Below, piece by piece: positions 45,811-55,345 of a stretch of 57,798 nucleotides of DNA. Numbering within the stretch: position 1 is the first letter of the stretch; the number at the start of each line of letters is the position of its first letter. The DNA is from a virus (Duplodnaviria > Caudoviricetes): positions 1 to 57,798 of the IMG/VR virus record IMGVR_UViG_3300006802_000110; one strand, 5' to 3'. The position numbers and the translations under genes are program-made. The notes under the pieces are model-generated. The model worked only from the letters and a program-made list of their open reading frames with translations, was not told the DNA's origin and made no database searches.

Positions 45811-47001
45811 ATGTGTATTTATACACGATTTACCCCAGATGATATCGTCGAAGCCAACCCAACAGTGGTAACCACGGGTTTGTGGTCTGGTGACACCGGC
45901 TCGTTGGAGTCAACTGATGGATATGTAAGTTCAACACAACTAGCAAATAGTGGTCTTTATTACGTTGATGTATACGATAGAGCATTAACCGATGAATTGA
46001 CCGAAGTACAGTTTGCTGTTACATACGGTCACATTAATGGTGGTGGTGCTCCAACGCTAGAAAACGAACAACAAGCCAAACTTCCGACCAAGGCAATTTA
46101 TAGTCAATACCGCAATTTACTCCTCGACCCATCTGATACAAAATTTACATTTCAGAGTGTGGAATCGGACCACATTTACGTCATTAACGTACAACGTGCA
46201 CGCATAAAAGAACAACTTGATCCGGGCAACTGGCAACTTCCGTTGTCAGGCGCAAATGGTGTTCTTACCTTCATTGATGACAGTGGTCAAACACTTGGTG
46301 CATTAACTGCAAATAGTAAAGCTGGTCGAGTGTTCAACGTGGTGTCGGGTTCAATTACATCGACATCAGGATCAGTTACATCATCAACCAATTCAAAGAC
46401 ATGGGGCGGCACTTCTGGTCCGGGATACGGATTGGTTTATCCAGATTTGGGTATCATCGTATTAAATCCAGATGCTATTGGACCGGCAGTAGGATTCTAC
46501 ATCTCAGGATCGGCAACAGCCACCGCAAGTGGTGATTACATCCAGACTGGATCAGTGCTCTCACAAAGCGTACAAGTATATAATTCGTCAAATTACACGG
46601 ACTTAACCTTACTTCCCTACGCTCCAGCCACTGGTTCTGATGTTTCATATGGAACACAAAAAGCAGCATATAACCATCTTGGACTGTTCCAATCCATCAA
46701 ACGAGCAATTGCAAATTCAACGTATGAATTCCGCGCTCGTTCCGCAGAAACTATTTCTTCAACCCATTATTTCGTTCGGTTGAGAAATAAAGAATATAAC
46801 TATTCTAACAACCCAACATTCTACAATCCCGATAACGGTGCGTTGACCCAACCAGACTTCAAGAATGATCCACAGGTGTATGTGACAACCGTTGGCTTGT
46901 ATAATGATCAAAATGAATTGTTGGCGGTTGCAAAACTCAGTGCTCCATTACGGAAATCTTTTGATGAGGAAGTTTTGTTAAGAGTTCGATTGGATTTCTA
47001 A
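45811..47001 (+). CDS. Baseplate/tail-fibre attachment-type structural protein
   Basis: C-terminal YVTTVGLYNDQNELLAVAKLS.P..K. Confidence 0.7.
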   Translation: MCIYTRFTPDDIVEANPTVVTTGLWSGDTGSLESTDGYVSSTQLANSGLYYVDVYDRALTDELTEVQFAVTYGHINGGGAPTLENEQQAKLPTKAIYSQYRNLLLDPSDTKFTFQSVESDHIYVINVQRARIKEQLDPGNWQLPLSGANGVLTFIDDSGQTLGALTANSKAGRVFNVVSGSITSTSGSVTSSTNSKTWGGTSGPGYGLVYPDLGIIVLNPDAIGPAVGFYISGSATATASGDYIQTGSVLSQSVQVYNSSNYTDLTLLPYAPATGSDVSYGTQKAAYNHLGLFQSIKRAIANSTYEFRARSAETISSTHYFVRLRNKEYNYSNNPTFYNPDNGALTQPDFKNDPQVYVTTVGLYNDQNELLAVAKLSAPLRKSFDEEVLLRVRLDF

Positions 47002-47106
47002 TCTGAATTTCTACATAACTTGAAGTATATTGTGGCCACGACTTGTATATTCATATGCAGGAAGTGGTCACACTACCATTATACATTAACATAAAGTAGA
47101 AAACCA

Positions 47107-48042
47107 ATGAAACTTTTTGGAACATTAGATGCAAAAGATTATACTGTAGAAAACTTTTCTGCAAATTCTCCAATTTCGTGGGAATTGGTGTCATCCTCTG
47201 CGGGAATTGTTATCACTTCTCCCGAAGATTTAGATGGAGCAGTGACAATTCAACGAGCATCAAATGATCCCGCAGAGTTTTACCAATACGACAATACTCC
47301 AAAATATAACGTGGATACGGGAACGTATGAATATGTTCTGTACACATCCATAAAACATTTATTCTATGATGACGGTCAGTTCTATAGCGGATCACAGGTC
47401 GTAACATCCAGCCTCAAACCGCTACCAGATAATTCTTATGTTGTTAGTATTGGACAAAATTTTTATGGTGATCAAATTAAACCGGGTAGCTTTACTCTCT
47501 CTATAGACGCAATTACATCAGAAGTAAAAGACGATGCATACGGGAACCTATTTGTCAGTGCATCAGGAACGGGATCGTATGTAGGTAGTGTATTTTATCG
47601 ACGAGGTATTGCGGTAATTGCACAGGCATCGGGATCGGCGGTTGCTGTAGTAAACGCAAATGGTATAAAAATTGTAGAAAACTCGGAAGTTTATGTTGAT
47701 TATGAAAGTGAAATAATCAATAATCGTCATGAGATTAATGTGTGTTTGTTACCAACCGACTTTAATTTCTCACCATTTAACCCGTCGATCCTACGAACAT
47801 ACAGCGGTTCCACGCAACTTGCTTCTGGATCGGGCCCGTTGGTTAATATTCCGTCATCGTCTACAACCGCAAGTTACTGGAACTTATATAATTTAATGGG
47901 CGAGAATGTTATCAAACCATATGTTACAACAATCGGGTTGTATAACGACAAGTACGAATTATTGGCAGTTGCCAAATTGGTGAACCCAATTCAGAGAACT
48001 TTTGACCTTCAACAGATATTTATAGTTAGGTTCGATACCTAA
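47107..48042 (+). CDS. Structural protein, paralog of 45811-47001
   Basis: C-terminal YVTTIGLYNDKYELLAVAKL. Confidence 0.7.
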   Translation: MKLFGTLDAKDYTVENFSANSPISWELVSSSAGIVITSPEDLDGAVTIQRASNDPAEFYQYDNTPKYNVDTGTYEYVLYTSIKHLFYDDGQFYSGSQVVTSSLKPLPDNSYVVSIGQNFYGDQIKPGSFTLSIDAITSEVKDDAYGNLFVSASGTGSYVGSVFYRRGIAVIAQASGSAVAVVNANGIKIVENSEVYVDYESEIINNRHEINVCLLPTDFNFSPFNPSILRTYSGSTQLASGSGPLVNIPSSSTTASYWNLYNLMGENVIKPYVTTIGLYNDKYELLAVAKLVNPIQRTFDLQQIFIVRFDT

Positions 48043-48056
48043 TAACGGAGATTTAT

Positions 48057-48539
48057 ATGAACTTGGAAGAACGGTATAACGCGGCATCCGAAAATACCTA
48101 CGTTGGTAAGGTTCGGGCTCGCCAAGCCGCTGACGCTGGTGACATTTCGGGGGTGAACTTTTTAGATGGTGATGGTCGGGGCCAATTTGCACCCGGTCAA
48201 TCCGCACCACCAGATGTTGTTCAAAACGAATTTAAACGGAATGTTGCAGGAGATTTCCGTTATAGTGGTGGTGGAAAAGTTCCCGGCGGTTCAACCGATG
48301 GAAATTACCCACTGTCCCGTTGGTTACAACGTGGTGTCGAGAAGGGTGACACGTACATGACCAATAATCGCTACACTACAATCAGCGATGCTCGTAACGC
48401 AAGTAATCTGGTATACAAGTATTCACCATTGATTGGCAAGTCATTCTCGGAATCCGATATCTTGTCAGAAATGTCCAAATCAAAAATTGGTCCACAATCG
48501 TCACCAGTGGGTCCAACTCCAGCTGGATTAAACGGTTAA
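48057..48539 (+). CDS. Hypothetical protein
   Basis: GGAG RBS; preceded by TATTTATA. Confidence 0.65.
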   Translation: MNLEERYNAASENTYVGKVRARQAADAGDISGVNFLDGDGRGQFAPGQSAPPDVVQNEFKRNVAGDFRYSGGGKVPGGSTDGNYPLSRWLQRGVEKGDTYMTNNRYTTISDARNASNLVYKYSPLIGKSFSESDILSEMSKSKIGPQSSPVGPTPAGLNG

Positions 48540-48561
48540 GTTTTTACACTAACGAGGTTAT

Positions 48562-48912
48562 ATGAAGCCACGCTCCGCAAAAAGCAAGGGCAAGCGTGCC
48601 CAAAACGTGATCAGGGAGATGATTTTAGGTCATTTCCCTGATTTACATCCCGATGATGTTGTTTCGACGTTGATGGGTGATTCGGGCACCGACATCAAGC
48701 TCTCCCACGCCGCTCGTCAAAAATTCCCCTATTCGGTGGAATCCAAAAACCAAGAAAAACTCAATATTTGGGCGGCACTCGAACAGGCAGAAACCAATAC
48801 CAAAGAAGGTACGTTTCCTGTTCTTTTCTTCAAGCGCAATCGTTCCAAACTCTATGTTGCGATAGACGCCGATCATTTTTTTGACCTTATAAAACGCCTT
48901 CCTCCCCCTTGA
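48562..48912 (+). CDS. Holliday junction resolvase-like PD-(D/E)xK nuclease
   Basis: SAKSKGKR...MGDSGTDI...YSVESKNQEKLNIW..LEQA. Confidence 0.8.
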   Translation: MKPRSAKSKGKRAQNVIREMILGHFPDLHPDDVVSTLMGDSGTDIKLSHAARQKFPYSVESKNQEKLNIWAALEQAETNTKEGTFPVLFFKRNRSKLYVAIDADHFFDLIKRLPPP

Positions 48913-48937
48913 TTTTTCCCCCATAATGTGTTAGATT
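48909..48937 (+). promoter_or_regulatory. Sigma70-type promoter (extended -10)
   Basis: TTGATT-N17-TAGATT with TG at the extended position. Confidence 0.55.
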
Positions 48938-48943
48938 GTAGGT

Positions 48944-49873
48944 ATGACTATACTTACACTTCTTCAAGAATTATTGGGCCCGTATAAAAAGTATCCCAAG
49001 GGGGAGAACTATTTTACCTGCCCATTTTGCCACCACAAAAATAAGCGTTTTGCTGTTAACGAGTATAATCTCAAGTGGCATTGTTGGCATTGCGGGAGCA
49101 AGGGCGGACATATAATCTGGTTATTAAAAAAACTGAATTTATCAAGGGAGATGGTTCAGAAATTCAAAGAAGTACTGGGCGACACCGATCTTCGTCAGTA
49201 CAAGACCACGGAAGCAACGTCTACCCTGTTTCTCCCGCCAGAATATAAACCGCTCTGGAAACCCGAAAAGAGTTACCCATATCTCCATGCAATCAGTTAT
49301 CTCAAACAACGTGGGATCACCGCGGAGGATATTCTCCGATATCGCATGGGATATTGTGATAACGGGACGTATAAAAATCGGATTATTATTCCTTCGTATG
49401 ACAAGAACCACCAGTTGAATTATTTTACCGCACGACTATATTACGAAGGTAACTTGAAGTACAAGAATCCGCCGGTCACGAAGAACATCATCTGCTTTGA
49501 GAACATGGTCGATTGGACAGAACCCGTGATTCTTTGCGAAGGTATGTTTGACGCCATCGCACTCCGACGAAACGCAATCCCGCTGCTGGGCAAGACCCTT
49601 CCAAGACAACTGGAACATGCGATACTCCAACATCAAGTCAAGAATGTCATCATCTTCTTGGATGTGGACGCACAAAAGGACGCACTCCAATTGGAACAAC
49701 GAATCAAACAACACGGGATCAATACCAAACTGGTTCTCACCGAACAGAAAGATGCATCCGAAATGGGATTCGACACTTCGTGGGACGCAATCGAACACGC
49801 ACGAACTACAAATTTCAAAGAACTTATCCAACAAAGGTTATCATTGAATGATTATTCCAGTTCTATTCAATAA
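48944..49873 (+). CDS. DNA primase (Zn-finger plus TOPRIM)
   Basis: CPFC...HCWHC, RIIIP, KYKNP, CEGMFDA, LDVDA, KDASE. Confidence 0.92.
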   Translation: MTILTLLQELLGPYKKYPKGENYFTCPFCHHKNKRFAVNEYNLKWHCWHCGSKGGHIIWLLKKLNLSREMVQKFKEVLGDTDLRQYKTTEATSTLFLPPEYKPLWKPEKSYPYLHAISYLKQRGITAEDILRYRMGYCDNGTYKNRIIIPSYDKNHQLNYFTARLYYEGNLKYKNPPVTKNIICFENMVDWTEPVILCEGMFDAIALRRNAIPLLGKTLPRQLEHAILQHQVKNVIIFLDVDAQKDALQLEQRIKQHGINTKLVLTEQKDASEMGFDTSWDAIEHARTTNFKELIQQRLSLNDYSSSIQ

Positions 49874-52800
49874 ACTGCAATCCGTAGTCCATCTTGCAGA
49901 CATTCATATTCGTCTATATCGCCGTCATGACGAATACCGTCAAGTCTTTCAGAACCTTTATGCCGACCTCAAGGAACGGGTCACATATGGTCTGAAAGAT
50001 TTCGTCATTGTATTGGCGGGTGATATTGTTCACGCTAAAACCGATATGAGCCCCGAAATGGTGGCACTCACTTCGGAATTCTTGTCAATGTGTCTGACAT
50101 CGCTCCCACCATCATGATTGCCGGTAACCACGATCTTAATCTGTCCAACACGAATCGCATGGATAGCTTGACACCTATCGTGGACAACCTTCAACATCCC
50201 AATCTATACTATCTCAAACATGCTACAGTCGTAACGGTTGCCGACACCGACTTCGCCGTTATGTCCATCCTCGACCCACAGGAGCAATGGCCAAAATTCA
50301 CGGATTGCATGTCGGACACGAAGATTGCATTGTATCATGGACCCGTGCACGGCGCCACCACGGATGTCAACTATACGATCACCAATCGTCATGTCAACAT
50401 TGATACGTTTACGGGATTTGATATCGTGATGTTGGGTGATATTCATCGTCATCAAATCCTGCAAGAACAAAACCCCATCGCTGTATATCCGGGCAGTTTG
50501 ATTCAACAGAACCACGGAGAAACGTTGGACGGGCACGGGTGGTGTCTGTGGAACATTCCGTCCAAGCAGGTCGAGTTTGTTCCACTTCACAACGACTATG
50601 GGTATTGTACGATTGAAGTCAAGAATGGTCAAGTCCAGTATCCCGCAACCATGCCGACCAACGCCAGAGTACGATTGTTTACGGGAAACCTTGATAATAC
50701 GCAAATCAAAAAAGTTGTAACCAATCTCCGTAAGAAATACAATATCATCGAAATGAGCGTCAATAAAAATCGGTATAGCAAGAACGATCCTAACAATGTG
50801 TCTACCGTTGAACACGATGTACTCGACTTGACCGACATTAACACACAAAATTCATTGATCAAAGATTGGTTGGAACGAAAGTTTCCAGAGGTTACCCCCG
50901 AAGACATCAACAACGTTCTGAAGATCAACACCGACCTGAATGGGCATGTTCAACACGAAGATCAGTCCCGTAACATTCACTGGCGTCCGCTTCAGTTCAA
51001 GTTCAATAATATGTTTTCATATGGAGAGGATAACGAGATCAATTTTGAAGATATGCGAGGATTGTACGGTATCTTTGCTGCAAACGCATCTGGCAAGAGT
51101 TCCGTCATGGATGCCTTGATGTTCTGTTTGTATGACAAGACTCCCCGTGCGTTCAAGGGCGATCACATTATCAACAACAGAAAGGATACCTTTTCGTGCG
51201 AACTGACATTTGAAATCAATGATGAAGTCTATGCAATTCGCCGGGAAGGATCACGAAAAAAGAATGGTGATGTCAAGGTAGATGTCAAGTTTTGGAGGGT
51301 GTTGGACAGTGGTGACGAGGAATGTCTCAATGGTGAGGATCGTCGAGACACCAACGCCAACATTCGTTCCTATGTAGGTACCTACGAAGACTTCATTATG
51401 ACCGCAGTAAGCAGTCAAGCAGGCAGTTCGTTGTTTATCGACAAGTCACATTCAGAACGGAAAGATTTGTTGATCCAGTTCATGGGACTGAACATCTTTG
51501 ACAAGCTATTTGATTCGGCAAATGAAGAAACCAAAGAAATTTCTGGTGTTCTTAAGCGGTTCAAAAAGTCAGACGTAACCGATGAACTGGCTAAGACACA
51601 TACCGATCTTGAGGAAACGGCTCTCAAGCTCAACACCGCAGAGCATGAACATGAGATCACCAAACGGCAACGTGAACATTTCGATAAACTACTCTTGTCA
51701 CTACAAGCGGAAAAACGTCCGGTTCCAAAAACATCGGGTGATCTACCAACACTTGAACAGGAACTAACAACCACTCAGCAAAAACTGGAACGACAGATCA
51801 ACGCTGGGGACGAATTGGAAACACACATTAATACCTTACAAAACAATCTCCGTGAACAACAAGCAAAGTATACAACGTTCGACACCCCGAAATTAACAGA
51901 ATCGGTCAGACATTACGCAGAACTTACTGTACTTCTTCAAAAGGGTATCAGTGCGTTAAAAGTGGTCAATACCAAACTGGAAGAAAAACAAAAGTTCAAA
52001 GATAAATTACTGACCTACAAGTATAATCTAGAATGTTCGGTTTGTGTAGAAAACAATCAATCAGTTATTGCAGATTTGGAAATTGTTAATCAGGAACTCA
52101 ATGACTTGACTGATAAGCAAGTTTCTCAACAAACTGCGATCACAAACATTGAAGATCAACTTAAACCACTTCAACAAGACAAGGAACTATTTGATCAATC
52201 TGTACGGGTGCAACAAACCATTCAATCTTTGGAACAACAAATTAAACAGTCTGTTGCAGAACGTGAAACAGCAATTTTAAGCGTTGAAAAGTTTGAGGGA
52301 AAAATTACCCAGATCCAAAAAGAAATTGAAGTGTATAAAACCAACGAAGTAAACATTAAACACAATGAGGATATCGATGATCAAATCCAGACGCTTCAAA
52401 AAGATATTAAGATCAATAAGACAAAAACTGATCAACTTGAGCAGTCAGTTCGAGCACTACACGGTCAAATTACCGTTCTAGAAGCAAAGAAACAGGATTT
52501 GATAGACAAACTCAAGGAAGCAGAGCGGTTGGAAGCAGAATATGAAGCATATAATTATTATATGTCTGCGGTTGGGCGGGACGGCGTACCTTATGAATTG
52601 ATGAGTAAGGCAATTCCTAACATTGAATCTGAGATAAATGGTATTTTGTCACAAATCGTGGATTTTACCGTATCATTGGAGGTCGATGGAAAGAACATCA
52701 ATGGTAAGTTAACCTATGATTATGATCGTATGTGGCCCCTTGAAAACTCGTCGGGCATGGAACGGTTTGTCAGTAGTTTGGCCATTCGAGTGGCATTGAT

Positions 52801-53020
52801 GAACGCAAGTAACCTTCCCAAGTCCAATTTCTTGATAGCAGACGAAGGTTTTGGCACGTTGGACACGGAACACCTGCACTCCATGCAAACGTTGTTCAAC
52901 ATTCTAAAAACTCACTTTGATTTTATTATAGTAATAAGTCATTTAGATACTATGCGAGATATGGTTGACCATATTATAGAAATTAAGAAAGAAGACGGGT
53001 TTAGCCAGATTAGCGCATAA
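49848..53020 (+). CDS. Fused SbcD-SbcC (Mre11-Rad50, gp47-gp46-like) nuclease/ATPase with a 1-nt frameshift near 50088
   Basis: First frame (49848-50117): ADIH, AGDIVH. Second frame: GNHD, LGDIH, YPGS, Walker A ANASGKSS, Zn-hook CSVC, signature SSGME, Walker B IADEGFGTLD. Confidence 0.88.
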
Positions 53021-53095
53021 CTAAATTGTGGTTATACTCAATAACATCAACTATTTATATTAGTTACAGACTGCTAATATAAATGGGGACATTAA

Positions 53096-55327
53096 ATGGC
53101 TCGTACTCGTAAGTCGATACAACCTCTAAATTTACACAAATACGATGTTTTGATTGAAGATAGAGGACCACGATCCGACTATTTTAAAATTTCACAATTT
53201 GATGGGTATTTTTACGGCGGCCGCAATGCGTTTCTTATTGCGGGCGCTGGTGTACTGCATCCGGGATCAAAAATTTTAGTTGAAGTATTGGATGCTAACG
53301 GAACCAACGTATATAGTGCAGCAGTTTCATCATTTGTGGAGGGCAGTTCTCGACTTATTCAAGTGGAAGTGTACAATGATACACCAATAGGGCCGGGAAA
53401 AATCATAGTTCTGGGGTCTACCGATTCGTATTTGAACGGAACGCCAGTTCCGGAAGAATGGAAAAATAAGTACAATGTGCGGTGGATTGCTGATGTTACT
53501 ATTTCACCTTTGATAGAAAATAGAACACCAATACGATTTATTGATCCTCCCAACATATCTGTGAAAGAAAAATTCTATCTTACGCCCCTCACATCATCAT
53601 TCTCCCAATCAGTGTCCATGTCTGCTGACATTGAGCTGACACCAAAATATTACAACGTATTTCAAAATGGATATTTGCTTCGAATCGCTTCACCATCGTC
53701 CTCCATATATTCCAATAAATTTTTAGGTGGATCGCTCACTGGATCAATACAATTTGCTGGACCAAACGGGCCAGAAACCGCATCAATAAATTTACCCATA
53801 ACAAAAATATATAATTCAACGTTAGCAGAAAGTAACGGAACACTAATATACACAAACAGAAATACTTTACTGGAACAAGGATTTTTTAGTAGTAGCGGTG
53901 AATTTACTACACGAATTGAGCCATTTGGTGAAGTAGGTGTCACCAGCAGCATCTCATTAATCTACAATCAACTCGTATCATACGACACGGGATCATCCAG
54001 TTCATATGCAGAAATCCGATTGACGGATTTAGGTACGATATCTGGTGAAATCTTCAAAACAAAAATTTCTTACAAATCTGCTACCGTACCAAGTAATTAT
54101 ACAATTATCGGTGACATTCCCATTCAAGTTCAAGAATTGTTGGTGGTTGACAGTGGGAGTAAAATAGCAGAAATTGGTAAATTTACATCTGTCAAGCTTG
54201 ATGATTACTGGTATGCAGCAACCATGTCGATCAATAGGACTGACATTAATCCGGTGATGCCAAGTTATTACTTAACGTCATCTAATAACGATTATTTGCC
54301 AATCAAACAACGTTCAAATGATTTGTTGGATGCAATTGATGCTGTACCACCGATAGTCGGTGCGGCATATCAAAGTAATTCATATTTCATCGGTACAAAG
54401 CCCAGCGCATCAGTTGTACTATTTCCACGCAGTGAATACACACTAACGTTTAACGCATTGGTTTCCAGAGTTTCTGCATCTGTCGAATGGTCTGGCACCG
54501 ATGCATCGCTGGAAATATACTTGGTGCAGGAAAGTGGATCTGCTGCAAAATTACTTGAAACAAATCCAAAGGGTCAACTATTAGGAACACTAAAACCATC
54601 CGCAGAATTCAAAAAACAAAATTTTGATTTGGTTGAATTTAATTTTACACCAAAAATTATTACTGATGGCACGTTCGGTTTGCGATTCATTGGATATGGC
54701 GGATTTTGGAACATTGCAAATGTTTCACTAAAACCTGCCGAGGAACCGCTCTTTAGTCCGGACGAATCAATAATACTATTACCCAACGAATTTAAATCAG
54801 ATGATCTTCTTGTATTTAAAGCAGAATATCTTGATGTAAACAACAATTCCTTAAATCTTGTTACTACAACACTCCCCACATATTTTACTGGATCAGAATC
54901 CGCTGGACAAGCGGGATCATCCGTATCGGCGTCATATGCAGCTACGGCATCATATGTTGCTGGAATCGCATCCATAGCATTTACAATTAATGGCGGATCA
55001 AATCCAATTACAACTGGATTCAAGGGATCGGTTCGTATTCCCACCAACGTTACGCTGTCTGATGTTGCGTTATATACGAGTGGCTCGGGCAGTATCGATG
55101 TTGATATTCGCAAACACACACATACCACATTTGATCCACTAGAAACCGGTGGAACATCCATTGTTGGAACGCCGCTGTCGATGAGTAACAATGTAAAATA
55201 CAGAGACACAACATTGTCTGGTTGGACAACCTCTTTGTTTAATGGAGATGTCTTAAACTTTTTTGTCAGCCAATCGGCCGGTAGTGATATGAGAGTTGCC
55301 ACGGTAGTATTTAACATTATACGATAA
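53096..55327 (+). CDS. Virion structural / tail-associated protein
   Basis: Beta-rich; SASYAATASY repeat; preceded by TATTTATA. Confidence 0.7.
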   Translation: MARTRKSIQPLNLHKYDVLIEDRGPRSDYFKISQFDGYFYGGRNAFLIAGAGVLHPGSKILVEVLDANGTNVYSAAVSSFVEGSSRLIQVEVYNDTPIGPGKIIVLGSTDSYLNGTPVPEEWKNKYNVRWIADVTISPLIENRTPIRFIDPPNISVKEKFYLTPLTSSFSQSVSMSADIELTPKYYNVFQNGYLLRIASPSSSIYSNKFLGGSLTGSIQFAGPNGPETASINLPITKIYNSTLAESNGTLIYTNRNTLLEQGFFSSSGEFTTRIEPFGEVGVTSSISLIYNQLVSYDTGSSSSYAEIRLTDLGTISGEIFKTKISYKSATVPSNYTIIGDIPIQVQELLVVDSGSKIAEIGKFTSVKLDDYWYAATMSINRTDINPVMPSYYLTSSNNDYLPIKQRSNDLLDAIDAVPPIVGAAYQSNSYFIGTKPSASVVLFPRSEYTLTFNALVSRVSASVEWSGTDASLEIYLVQESGSAAKLLETNPKGQLLGTLKPSAEFKKQNFDLVEFNFTPKIITDGTFGLRFIGYGGFWNIANVSLKPAEEPLFSPDESIILLPNEFKSDDLLVFKAEYLDVNNNSLNLVTTTLPTYFTGSESAGQAGSSVSASYAATASYVAGIASIAFTINGGSNPITTGFKGSVRIPTNVTLSDVALYTSGSGSIDVDIRKHTHTTFDPLETGGTSIVGTPLSMSNNVKYRDTTLSGWTTSLFNGDVLNFFVSQSAGSDMRVATVVFNIIR

Positions 55328-55345
55328 TAGTTATGAGAATACCGT

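Noticed and set aside
47031-47072. Intergenic hairpin between structural paralogs
   Set aside because: Imperfect stem with no U tract and no recognisable family; insufficient evidence
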